From Fimbriiglobus sp. (GTDB lineage Bacteria > Planctomycetota > Planctomycetia > Gemmatales > Gemmataceae), in contig DASXPC010000221.1 of the NCBI GenBank assembly GCA_036493815.1, positions 11,174 through 75,173 on the forward strand: 64,000 nt of DNA. The letters run 5' to 3'. Both the position numbers and the translations under genes were made by a program. The notes below the pieces were generated by a model. The model saw nothing but the letters and a program-made list of their open reading frames with translations. It had not been told where the DNA came from and did no database searches. Within the stretch, counting starts at the first letter, position 1. Every line of letters starts with the position of its first letter. Shown here in pieces: positions 1 to 8,492 of the stretch.

Positions 1-1
1 C

Positions 2-499
2 GGGAAGCGGACGATCTACGTCTACTTTCCGAGCAAGGAAGAGGTGGTCCTCTGCACCATCGACCGCATCGTCGATCGGTTGGTCGCCCGGCTGCGGGGG
101 CACGCTGCCGCCCCCGGGCCGGCGGCCGACCGGATGCGGGCGGTGCTGGTCGAACGGGTGATGTACCGGTTCGACAGCGTTCGCGGATACTCCCACGGAC
201 TGGACGAATTATTTGCGTCGTTGCGGCCGGCGTACTTGGCCCGGCGGGAAAAGTATTTCGCGGCCGAGGCGGCCATTCTCGAAACCATTTTGAAAGCCGG
301 CCACGACGCCGGCGAATTCGATTGCCCCGACCCGGTTCGGGCAGCCGAAGCGATCCTCCTGGCAACAAACAGCCTCATCCCCTACGCCCTGAGCACGAAG
401 GAACTGGGCCGACGGAAAATCGTCGAAGCCCGGGTACATCAAGTCGTTGATCTGCTGCTGTTCGGTTTGTGTCGGGGCAGCAAGCGGCGATCCCGGTAA
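2..499 (+). CDS. TetR/AcrR-family transcriptional regulator, 3' part (5' end outside window)
   Basis: The frame is open from the window edge. GKRTIYVYFPSKEEVV resembles the end of a TetR HTH and is followed by helical ligand-domain-like sequence. Stop at 497-499. Confidence 0.65.
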   Translation, partial: GKRTIYVYFPSKEEVVLCTIDRIVDRLVARLRGHAAAPGPAADRMRAVLVERVMYRFDSVRGYSHGLDELFASLRPAYLARREKYFAAEAAILETILKAGHDAGEFDCPDPVRAAEAILLATNSLIPYALSTKELGRRKIVEARVHQVVDLLLFGLCRGSKRRSR

Positions 500-605
500 T
501 TCCAGTTCATCAACCGCCATCGGCTCGCCCTGGAAAAGTCAGCCCGGAAGCATGCCGGCGATATGGAAACGGTCGTCGGAGAGCAAGCGGGTCCACTGGA
601 GGCGG

Positions 606-1097
606 CTACGGCACGGTGAAAGAGTCCACCATCCACGCTCCGTTTTCTTCTACCAGGGTCAGCGTGCAGGTCAACCCGTTGTTTGGTGCTGTGAGCGTGT
701 ACTGGATCCGGAATTGATCGATGCCATTCATCTTCATCATGTTGAAACTACCAGCGGTTCGATTCGTATGTTCGGTAAGGATCGGGAACTGGGCGACGAA
801 TTTCTCGAATTGCTGTTGGGTATGACTGGCCTGATAAGTTTGGCTGGTAACCCGGTAAGCGGCCGGAAGATGCCCGGCTTGGATTTGGTTCAAAAAACTC
901 TCCGCCGTCCCGGTCGCCGAGGAGATTTGGTTGAACATGTCTTTCGCCGCTCGGAAGCCGAAAAACGCGACGCCGCCACAGACGAGAATGAGGGTAAGTA
1001 ACAGCGCCCCCACTACGCCAAGTACGATCCAAAGTGTTTTGTTCGAACTCCGGACGGGCCGGCGGTCGTATTCGTCAATTTGGTCTTCGTACGCCAT
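606..1097 (-). CDS. hypothetical membrane-anchored protein (163 aa)
   Basis: ATG at 1095-1097 (MAYEDQ...). One TM helix (LWIVLGVVGALLLTLILVCGGVAFF) precedes a small globular domain. The 533-aa track ORF is an Arg/Pro/Gly-rich artefactual extension antisense to the FHA gene. Confidence 0.6.
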   Translation of the reverse strand: MAYEDQIDEYDRRPVRSSNKTLWIVLGVVGALLLTLILVCGGVAFFGFRAAKDMFNQISSATGTAESFLNQIQAGHLPAAYRVTSQTYQASHTQQQFEKFVAQFPILTEHTNRTAGSFNMMKMNGIDQFRIQYTLTAPNNGLTCTLTLVEENGAWMVDSFTVP

Positions 1098-1186
1098 CAC
1101 TCCGGCCTCCGGTGGGAATGACTTAAAGTCTATTGTTGTGCAATGGCAAATTGCAGAAAAGCTTATCTTCGCGAGAATCGATCTGC

Positions 1187-2614
1187 TTATTTCTTCCCCG
1201 CCGGCTCGACCGTGAAATTGATAGCGTCCGCCGTGACGCCACCGGGCATGGGGAGGGCCGTGCGGCCTTTTGCGGCCTGTCCGCCGACCACGTAGTCGCC
1301 GTCGTACCGCACGCCCAGACCGTCCTTGGCCCGGTAGAGGATTACGTTCTGGTCGGCCTCGGGCAGAATCACGTGAGCGTCCGGGCCGGGGCCGAGGATC
1401 AGGGTTTCGGCCATGAGAATCACCGCATCGACGGCGACTTGGAACCGGTGGCCGCTGACGAGTTCCAGGACGGCCGTGGGCACGAGCGGCACCGGTTGGT
1501 GGAAGACGAATTGACACGTCGAGCCCACGGTCACCCGGTCGCCCGGCTGCAAAACTTTCCGATCGGCAGGTTGTCCGTTCACCTGGACGCCGCGGGCACT
1601 GGCGAGCAGATATCCCTCGGCGTCGCGGGTGATTTCGGCGTGGACGCGGGCGAGGTCGGCGTAGACGGGGACGTCGGCCGGGGTGTCGCCGGCGGCCTGG
1701 CCGACGGTCACGCGGGCAGCCAGGCAGACGAGGTACCCGCCGATGCCGTCGACCCAGAGGAAGAACCGCTTGGGCAGGCCGGGGTTGGCCACGGACGAAA
1801 GGCCGGCGGTGACGGTTCCGCCGGTTGCGGCGGCGAGGGCGGCCGGGTCGCGCGGTACCGCACTCCCCCTCGACGGCTGCGACATCGGTGTGGTCGGCCG
1901 GTCCGGATTCGCCGCGTGACGGACCGTAGTCCAGACAGTTTGCTGCAATCGTTTCGCGTCCGGATGGGTCGGTGCGGCCGCGACGGCTTCCTCGGCGGAC
2001 GTCAGTGCCGCCGGCCAGTCCTTCCGATCCACCGCCGCCGTTAACCGGGCAAATGCTGCGGCGAAGAGGTCGCTCCGCTTCGCCAACACGTCGGAAAACT
2101 TTTCGACGCCCAGCGGCAGAAACCCCATCTTGCGGCGGACGCCGTCCACCGCGTGCTTCGCCAGGGCGAACTCGCCCCGGTCGGCGAATTCCTTCGCCAG
2201 CACCCAACTCTGGCCCGCGTCGGTGAGCAATTCGAGTTGCGGGTGATTACACCGGTGGTCCCGGAGCGCCTTGGCCTTTCGCAACAATTCGACCGGGTCG
2301 CCGGCGTCGAGGGCGGCCCGGCACCCGGCCAGGGCCGCTTTGGTCAGGTCGATTCGGAGTTCGGAAACGGTCGGCTCGCCGGTGTTCAGCGTTTCCGCCG
2401 CATAGAGGTCGTCCCAGCCCTGATCGATCCGGCCCGCGAGCAGGTTTTGCCGGCCCCGCGCCGCGAACGACCGGGCTACTTCTTTCAATAGTGGGACGGC
2501 CGAAGGGTGGGGCGGGTCGAGGTAAGGTTGGAGATACCGCTCCGCGTTCTCGGGGCGGCCGGCTTTCAGGGCGTCCCGGACGTGCCGGGCGGTGAGCGGG
2601 AACGGCAGAGTCAT
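1187..2614 (-). CDS. FHA domain-containing protein with helical-repeat N-terminus
   Basis: ATG at 2612-2614. The C-terminal half has an FHA-like pattern (VTVGQ...ADVPVYADLARVHAEITRDAEGYLLASARGVQVNGQ...LQPGDRVTVGSTCQFVF). Confidence 0.75.
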   Translation of the reverse strand: MTLPFPLTARHVRDALKAGRPENAERYLQPYLDPPHPSAVPLLKEVARSFAARGRQNLLAGRIDQGWDDLYAAETLNTGEPTVSELRIDLTKAALAGCRAALDAGDPVELLRKAKALRDHRCNHPQLELLTDAGQSWVLAKEFADRGEFALAKHAVDGVRRKMGFLPLGVEKFSDVLAKRSDLFAAAFARLTAAVDRKDWPAALTSAEEAVAAAPTHPDAKRLQQTVWTTVRHAANPDRPTTPMSQPSRGSAVPRDPAALAAATGGTVTAGLSSVANPGLPKRFFLWVDGIGGYLVCLAARVTVGQAAGDTPADVPVYADLARVHAEITRDAEGYLLASARGVQVNGQPADRKVLQPGDRVTVGSTCQFVFHQPVPLVPTAVLELVSGHRFQVAVDAVILMAETLILGPGPDAHVILPEADQNVILYRAKDGLGVRYDGDYVVGGQAAKGRTALPMPGGVTADAINFTVEPAGKK

Positions 2615-2661
2615 CGCGGCCCGCGGAGAAGGGATCGGGTGACGAGATTATAGAAACGCCA

Positions 2662-2688
2662 CCGGGGGGAGCGTCGCGCTCCCCCCGG
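2662..2688 (-). terminator. GC hairpin downstream of the coiled-coil gene (candidate terminator)
   Basis: CCGGGGGGAGCG (2662-2673) pairs with CGCTCCCCCCGG (2677-2688), giving a 12-bp stem and 3-nt loop 27 nt after the stop at 2715. On the minus strand it is followed by TGGCGTTTCTATAAT. That TATAAT (complement of 2647-2652) could be a -10 box for the FHA gene. Confidence 0.45.
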
Positions 2689-2714
2689 CAGTGGACCCCG
2701 GCAGCCGGGGGCGG

Positions 2715-3509
2715 TTATTTCTTGCTGATCTTCGACCCGTCATTCGAGGTGGTCAGCGGGGCGAGAATGTCCTCGACCGAGTCGTTGGCGGTCGTGGTCG
2801 GGGCGGTGGTGTCCTCGTTACCCAGCGGAGCCAGCTTCAATTCTTCCCGCTGGACGTCGATCTTCTTGCGCAGCTCGCGGATCGAGTCCTTGATGTGGGC
2901 CAACCGGGTGTCGTCGAACTGGTACTTGTTCTCCATCTGCTTGAGTTGGAGGTCCTTGAGTTCGACTTCGATCGAATCGATCGCCGTCGCCAGCGAACTC
3001 TTCTTGGACTTCAGCTCGTCGAGTTGGCCTTCCAGGATCGTCTTGATTTTCTCGCGTGCGGCCAAGTTGGATTCCATGTTTTCCAGGGTCTTTTTGTTGT
3101 TCATGTGCCGCACGACGTCGGCTTTCAAGAGTTCCTTGGCCTTCACGGGGTTCATCGGCCGGCCGCCGTACTTGACCTGTTCGGTCGCGTTCTTGATCCG
3201 TTCACCGGCGGACAGAATCCGTTCCTGATCGGCATCGACTCGCACGCGGAGCTTGTCCGAGTCTTCTTTGATGTACCGGCATTCGACGATCTCGCGGGCC
3301 AGTTTGCCCTTCACGGCGTCGATGTCCTTGTCGAGCGCGGACACTTCCTTCCGGAGCCGGGCGATTTCCTTCTCCGGCGGAACCTTGGATTCGCACCAGG
3401 ACCGCAGGCTGGCGATTTCGTCCTTCGCATAGCTGGCGACCTTGGTGCCGTGGAACACGAAGGCGGCCGCCCCGACAACGACCGCCACAATCAAAATCTT
3501 CTTGAACAT
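2715..3509 (-). CDS. hypothetical N-terminally anchored coiled-coil protein
   Basis: ATG at 3507-3509. An N-terminal TM helix (ILIVAVVVGAAAFVF) precedes about 200 aa of heptad-like K/E/L-rich sequence. No family recognised. Confidence 0.7.
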   Translation of the reverse strand: MFKKILIVAVVVGAAAFVFHGTKVASYAKDEIASLRSWCESKVPPEKEIARLRKEVSALDKDIDAVKGKLAREIVECRYIKEDSDKLRVRVDADQERILSAGERIKNATEQVKYGGRPMNPVKAKELLKADVVRHMNNKKTLENMESNLAAREKIKTILEGQLDELKSKKSSLATAIDSIEVELKDLQLKQMENKYQFDDTRLAHIKDSIRELRKKIDVQREELKLAPLGNEDTTAPTTTANDSVEDILAPLTTSNDGSKISKK

Positions 3510-3642
3510 GCCCGGAACCTCATGGGGGATGGGCTGGTGTCGCGGTCGTCTCGTGGGCCACCCGCAAGACGCGACCGACGGTTCAACAAGAAGTTCTTCG
3601 CCGGCGCAGGGAAGGGATTTTCCGGAATTGAAGAAAAACAGG

Positions 3643-4995
3643 TTAGCGGAAGAAAATCAGGGAAGCGACGAAAAGGACCGGCATCAGCACGGCACCCGAA
3701 TAAGCCATGTACCCGAAGAACGACGGCATCCGATACCCGCTTTCCTCGGCGATGGCTTTCACCATAAAGTTTGGCCCGTTCCCGATATAGGTCATCGCAC
3801 CGAGGAAGACGGCCCCGCAACTGACGGCCGCGAGCAGGTGAGGGGCGGTGGTGGTGAGCCCCCTCAGACCGTCCGAATTCGTCACCGTGGCCGCCAGGGT
3901 TCCCAGAGTGAGGTAGGTCGGGGCATTGTCGAGAATGGCTGATAGGGCACCCGACACCCAGAAGAATTGCATGGGACTTGCCAAGCCGAGTTCCCCGCCG
4001 TGCCGTTCAAGCAGGGCGAGCATGGGAACCATGCAGACGAAAATTCCCAGGAACAAGATCGCCACTTCCAGAATCGGCCCCCAACTGTACCGATTGAGTT
4101 CGCGAAGGTTGCGCGGCGTCTTCCACCAGGAAATCAATGCCAGCCCCGCCATCGCGGCGTCCCCGGCCGGGAACGGCAGATATTTTTGCAGCAACACGAC
4201 GCCGACAACAGCCAGGAGCAGCACGCCGTTCAGTTTCCAGCCCCGGAAGCCGAGCGGTTGCACGTTCGAGAGGTCCCGGGCTAAATCCGCAGGCGTTTCG
4301 CGGGAATACGCCCGCAGGTCCCAGATCCAAAAGATCAGGAGAAGGATTCCCACGACAACCAGCCACTGCGGCCAGAGTTGCAGGGTCCAGGTAAACGGTA
4401 CGCCGTTCAGAAAGCCCAGGAATAGCGGCGGTCCGAGCGGAACGAGCAAACCGCCGGCGTTCGACACCAGGAAAATGAAGAATACCGGCACGTGATTTTT
4501 TCGTTTGCGTTCGCTGTTCGTTTTCAGCAGCGGGCGGATGAGCAGAATGCTCGCCCCGGTCGTGCCGATGAAGTTGGCCAATACGGTCCCGGCGGCGAGA
4601 AAGGCGACATTCGTTCGCGGGCGGGCCAGAACGTCCCCCGAGATCACGATTCCGCCGTTGATGACGTACAACGCCGTCAAAATCACCATGAACGAAACGT
4701 AAGACTGGAGTTCGTGCAGGAGGGCGCGAAGACTCGCCCCGTTGGTGTCTCCGTTAAGGGCCAGGAGGTAGGCCACAACCGGCAGTGCAAAGCCGAGCGC
4801 GATGATCAAGCGGTTGCGATTCGATCGCCACCAATGCCCCGCGGCCAACGGGAGGATGGCAATGGCCAGCAGCAGCAGTGCGAACGGGGCCGGGGCCCAC
4901 GGGGCGACGTCGAAACCGGCGGCGGAGAAAATCGGAAACATGCCTCCCTTTTTTGAGGAATCGGACACTTGGGTTTTAGTATACGTGCGTATCAT
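3643..4995 (-). CDS. ArsB/NhaD-superfamily ion transporter (putative sodium:proton antiporter / citrate-transporter-like)
   Basis: Polytopic membrane protein with more than 10 hydrophobic helices and a typical permease pattern. The likelier start is the ATG at 4939-4941 (MFPIFSAAGF...). Confidence 0.7.
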   Translation of the reverse strand: MIRTYTKTQVSDSSKKGGMFPIFSAAGFDVAPWAPAPFALLLLAIAILPLAAGHWWRSNRNRLIIALGFALPVVAYLLALNGDTNGASLRALLHELQSYVSFMVILTALYVINGGIVISGDVLARPRTNVAFLAAGTVLANFIGTTGASILLIRPLLKTNSERKRKNHVPVFFIFLVSNAGGLLVPLGPPLFLGFLNGVPFTWTLQLWPQWLVVVGILLLIFWIWDLRAYSRETPADLARDLSNVQPLGFRGWKLNGVLLLAVVGVVLLQKYLPFPAGDAAMAGLALISWWKTPRNLRELNRYSWGPILEVAILFLGIFVCMVPMLALLERHGGELGLASPMQFFWVSGALSAILDNAPTYLTLGTLAATVTNSDGLRGLTTTAPHLLAAVSCGAVFLGAMTYIGNGPNFMVKAIAEESGYRMPSFFGYMAYSGAVLMPVLFVASLIFFR

Positions 4996-5027
4996 TCCCG
5001 CAGAGACGCATCTGGAGGCTTGTCGCC

Positions 5028-5657
5028 ATGCCGCCTTTCGCCGTTCGAACGTTGCCCGTTTCCCGACTCAAACCGGCACGGTACAACCCCCGCAAACCCC
5101 TGTCCCCGCAATCCCCGGCATATCGGAAACTTCGGGCCAGCATCGAGCGGTTCGGTCTGGTCGAACCGCTCGTCTGGAACGCCCGCTCCGGCCGGCTCGT
5201 CGGCGGACACGCCCGCCTCCGCATCCTGAAAGACCTCGGCGTATGCGAAATCCCCGTTTCCGTCGTCCGACTTTCCCCGGCCAAAGAGAAAGCCCTGAAC
5301 ATCGTGCTGAACAACCGGGAGGCCCAGGGCCGATACGATCCGAAGAAGCTCACAGCATTACTGCACGAATTGAAGGATTTGCCCGAATTCGAAGATTCCG
5401 GGTTTTCGGAGGACACCCTGCGAACGCTCGATTGCCGTGAGAATGGCCTGCCGGACCCGCCACCCGATGCGAACCGGGTTGAGGTTACGCTGGTCGCCTC
5501 GAAAACAGTATACTCGGCCCTCGAGCCGAAACTCGACGCCCTGGTGAGGGAGTATGACCTGTTAAGTCACGTGCTTTTCGGCAGTGAATACCCGAAGGAC
5601 CAGGCACGGAATCCGGGTGGAACCGATGGTTCAAGGCGGCGAAAGAGGAAGGTTTGA
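5028..5657 (+). CDS. ParB/Srx-like N-terminal domain protein (stand-alone)
   Basis: The segment LPVSRLKPARYNPRK...LVEPLVWNARSGRLVGGHARLRILKDLG matches the ParB-like nuclease-domain motif (..NPR.., GGH.R). No methyltransferase or HTH domain follows. Confidence 0.6.
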   Translation: MPPFAVRTLPVSRLKPARYNPRKPLSPQSPAYRKLRASIERFGLVEPLVWNARSGRLVGGHARLRILKDLGVCEIPVSVVRLSPAKEKALNIVLNNREAQGRYDPKKLTALLHELKDLPEFEDSGFSEDTLRTLDCRENGLPDPPPDANRVEVTLVASKTVYSALEPKLDALVREYDLLSHVLFGSEYPKDQARNPGGTDGSRRRKRKV

Positions 5658-5706
5658 TTGCGTTGCGACGCCACCCCTGCCTGCAAATCACTAGGAAGAT
5701 AATGCC

Positions 5707-6633
5707 ATGAGAACAATCGCCTTCTTTCTCCTCTTCGCACCGGCCGCGATTGCGGCAGACGTGCCGACGGCCAAACTGCTGACGAAAAGCCAAATCCAAG
5801 TCGATCGAAACATCCCCTTCGAAACGATTTCCGGGAAAACGCTCCGACTGGATCTTGCGATCCCGAAGACCCCCGGCCCGCATCCGCTCGTCGTTTGCCT
5901 GCACGGCGGGGCCTGGAAGTTCGGCGACCGGACCGAGCTTTCCCGAAAGCCTCTCGATCCCGAGTTGAGCAAGGCGTCGAACGGAATGAGCATGATCGAA
6001 GGCCTCGCTGCCCGGGGTTTCGCCGCGGCCACCGTCGGCTACCGGAACGTGCCGGGCTGTACGTTCCCCGCGCCGCTCGAAGACTGTAAAACCGCCGTTC
6101 GGTTTCTGCGGAGTCGGGCGAAGGAATACGATCTCGATCCGAACCGCGTGGCCGCCCTCGGATTTTCTGCCGGCGGACACCTCGCCGCCCTCCTGGGCCT
6201 GACCGGAGCTAGCGCGGGATTCGAAGGGACGCAGTACCTTGATCAATCGAGCCGGGTGAATTGCGTCGTCGACCTCTTCGGCCCGACCGATTTGACACTC
6301 TATGCCGGGTCCGAAGGGCTGAACGCCGGCTTTATGGTCCCGCTGTTGGGGCCGAAGGCGAAAAAGGGTACGGAACTGCACAGGAAGGCGTCGCCGCTGA
6401 CATACGTCACGAAAGACTCGCCACCATTCCTGATCATTCACGGAACGGTGGACCTGATCGTGCCCATTATCCATTCCGAGCGACTCGTGGCAAAACTCAA
6501 AGCGTGCGGCGTGCCGTGCGAGTTCGTGAAGGTGCCGGGCAAAGGCCACGGGTGGTCCGGTGAAACGGCCAAAGAGACGAGCGATACGGTGACGACATTT
6601 CTGCGAGAGCAACTTATGAAGGGCGACAAGTGA
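5707..6633 (+). CDS. alpha/beta hydrolase (esterase/lipase-like), secreted
   Basis: Signal peptide, oxyanion-type LHGGAWKFGDR and nucleophile elbow GFSAGGHLA. A C-terminal His region is present (GKGHGW). Confidence 0.85.
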   Translation: MRTIAFFLLFAPAAIAADVPTAKLLTKSQIQVDRNIPFETISGKTLRLDLAIPKTPGPHPLVVCLHGGAWKFGDRTELSRKPLDPELSKASNGMSMIEGLAARGFAAATVGYRNVPGCTFPAPLEDCKTAVRFLRSRAKEYDLDPNRVAALGFSAGGHLAALLGLTGASAGFEGTQYLDQSSRVNCVVDLFGPTDLTLYAGSEGLNAGFMVPLLGPKAKKGTELHRKASPLTYVTKDSPPFLIIHGTVDLIVPIIHSERLVAKLKACGVPCEFVKVPGKGHGWSGETAKETSDTVTTFLREQLMKGDK

Positions 6634-6660
6634 TGGTCACAAGTCTTGCTCCCACGCCCG

Positions 6661-6685
6661 GCGTCGGACCTCACGAGTCCGACGC
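6661..6685. terminator. hairpin between convergent genes (candidate terminator)
   Basis: GCGTCGGAC (6661-6669) pairs with GTCCGACGC (6677-6685), a 9-bp stem and 7-nt loop 28 nt after the esterase stop. There is no clear U-tract. Confidence 0.35.
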
Positions 6686-6813
6686 ACAACGTCGATTTGG
6701 CAGAAGTTCGACACTCCGATGGCAATTGCTTTTCTTGTTCGTGTTCGTTCCGATCTTTCCCCTTTTCGCCCACGGCTGTCACGGGGACGACTTGGACAAC
6801 GAACCGATGGTTT

Positions 6814-8370
6814 TTATCCCGGATGAGGGACATGCGGGCGGGCCTTTGCCAGGGAAATGACCGCGTCGATCAACCCTTCGGCGGTAAACCGTTCCGCCTC
6901 GGCCGCCACGGGATAACCCAACTCCCGAATTGCCCGACCGGTTTCGGGACTGATTGCGACCAGTTCGATTTCTCCGCGTCGGACGCGCGCGTTTGTGGTC
7001 TCGTCGAAGCCCGCCAAGACGGCCTTCGCAACGTTGGAACTGGATAGTGCGACGAAACGGATCTCCCCCCGGCGTAAAAGACCGTAGGCCTCGTGATGCG
7101 GATCGGCCGCGTCGATCTGGTCGTAAACGGTGACCCGATCCACGACGGCTGTCTTGGACAACTCTTCCGATAAAAACTCGCGGCCACGGTTAGCACGGGC
7201 TAGCAGCACTCGCGTCCCGGCCACGTGTGGGGCGAGGGTCGCTGCCAGGCCTTCGGAGGAAAACGTACTCGGAGGAGTCGTGTCCGGTTCGAGGTGGTAT
7301 CCACGAAGAGCGGCCGCGGTTTTTGGCCCGATCGCGGCCAATTTTACGCCGCCAAATACCCGCAGATCGAGGCCGAGGTGCTTCACCCGATTCACGAAGA
7401 AATCGACCCCGTTGGCACTCGTAAAGACGATCCACTGCCAGTTGTTCAGCAAGCGGATCGCGGCATCGAGCGGCCCCGGGTCGGTCGGAGGGCGGATTTC
7501 GACGGCGGGCAGGTGGTACGTTACTGCTCCCAGCGATTCGAGCCGTTGGATCATTGTTTCGGCCTGATGCCGCGGCCGGGTCACCAACACGCGTTGGCCG
7601 AAGAGGGGCCGACTTTCAAACCAGGAAGGATCCCGGCGGTGGGTGACGGCCTCGCCGATCAGGATCAGTCCCGGGGCTTCGAGCCCGGCTTGGCGACGGG
7701 CGTCGTCGAGGGACGCCAGCGTGGCCGTGACGGACCGCATGTCGCCGGTGCCGGCCCGTTCAACCACGCACGCCGGCGTTTCCGGTCGCTTCCCGAACCG
7801 AATCAGCTCGGCGACGATCAGCGGCAACCGGGCAATTCCCATGTAGATCGCGAGCGTGCCGGGGAACTTGGCCAGGGCCTCCCAGTCGATGCGATTCCCG
7901 GGCTTCGACGGCAATTCGTGTCCGGTAATGAGGGCGACGGCGCTGGCATAGCCGCGGTGGGTCAGGGGCATGTCGAGGAATGCCGAGGCCGCGAGGGCAG
8001 CCGTCACCCCGGGGACGATCTCATAGGCCACCCCAGCCGCCCGCAACGCCTCGGCTTCTTCCCCGCCCCGGCCGAAGACGAGCGGATCGCCTCCCTTGAG
8101 TCGAACGACACATTGTCCGAGGTTCGCCCGGTCCACGAGAAGCGAGTAGATGTGCGGGTACTTTTCCGGGTGCTGGCCGGGCAGGTCGCGGACGCAGATG
8201 ATTTCCGCCCCGGGGTTCGCAAGATCGAGGATTCGGCGCGGGACGAGCTGATCGTGAACGACGAGGTCGGCGCGGGCGAGCACTTCGGCCGCCCGGAGAG
8301 TAAGGAGGCCGGCGGCGCCGGGACCGGCGCCGACGAGAAAAACATGTGGGTCGGAAGATGGAGGGTTCAC
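6814..8370 (-). CDS. cobA: uroporphyrinogen-III C-methyltransferase fused to uroporphyrinogen-III synthase (CobA/HemD)
   Basis: GTG start at 8368-8370. The N-terminus carries VFLVGAGPGAAGLLTLRA...VVRLKGGDPLVFGRGGEE (SUMT motifs). The C-terminal roughly 250 aa are HemD-like (RVLVTRP...). Confidence 0.85.
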   Translation of the reverse strand: MNPPSSDPHVFLVGAGPGAAGLLTLRAAEVLARADLVVHDQLVPRRILDLANPGAEIICVRDLPGQHPEKYPHIYSLLVDRANLGQCVVRLKGGDPLVFGRGGEEAEALRAAGVAYEIVPGVTAALAASAFLDMPLTHRGYASAVALITGHELPSKPGNRIDWEALAKFPGTLAIYMGIARLPLIVAELIRFGKRPETPACVVERAGTGDMRSVTATLASLDDARRQAGLEAPGLILIGEAVTHRRDPSWFESRPLFGQRVLVTRPRHQAETMIQRLESLGAVTYHLPAVEIRPPTDPGPLDAAIRLLNNWQWIVFTSANGVDFFVNRVKHLGLDLRVFGGVKLAAIGPKTAAALRGYHLEPDTTPPSTFSSEGLAATLAPHVAGTRVLLARANRGREFLSEELSKTAVVDRVTVYDQIDAADPHHEAYGLLRRGEIRFVALSSSNVAKAVLAGFDETTNARVRRGEIELVAISPETGRAIRELGYPVAAEAERFTAEGLIDAVISLAKARPHVPHPG

Positions 8371-8492
8371 AGAGAAATGATACGGATGCCGTGACGGGTC
8401 GAATTCTCTTGAGCCTCCCTACCGTCATTGCTCAGGATGTTTGTCGATCCGTACCAGCATAGTTGTGAGTACCCGGTAGCACACGCGAGTTT

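Noticed and set aside
606-2207. 533-aa ORF on the minus strand, and similar long ORFs at 2691-3767(+), 5485-6612(-), 7225-8394(+), 15811-16689(-), 17933-19291(-), 35245-36657(-), 38396-39574(+), 39650-42457(+), 46227-47540(-) and 49548-51140(+)
   Set aside because: All are Arg/Pro/Gly/Ala-rich low-complexity translations. They lie antisense to, or out of frame with, ORFs that have clear family signatures. This is the typical stop-poor shadow-frame effect in high-GC DNA. Only the last 163 codons of 606-2207 look like a real protein.
2715-3509. Coiled-coil protein as PspA/IM30 or a chromosome-partition protein
   Set aside because: Only generic heptad-repeat character is present, together with an N-terminal TM anchor. 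No diagnostic PspA or SMC motifs were recognisable, so it is left as hypothetical.
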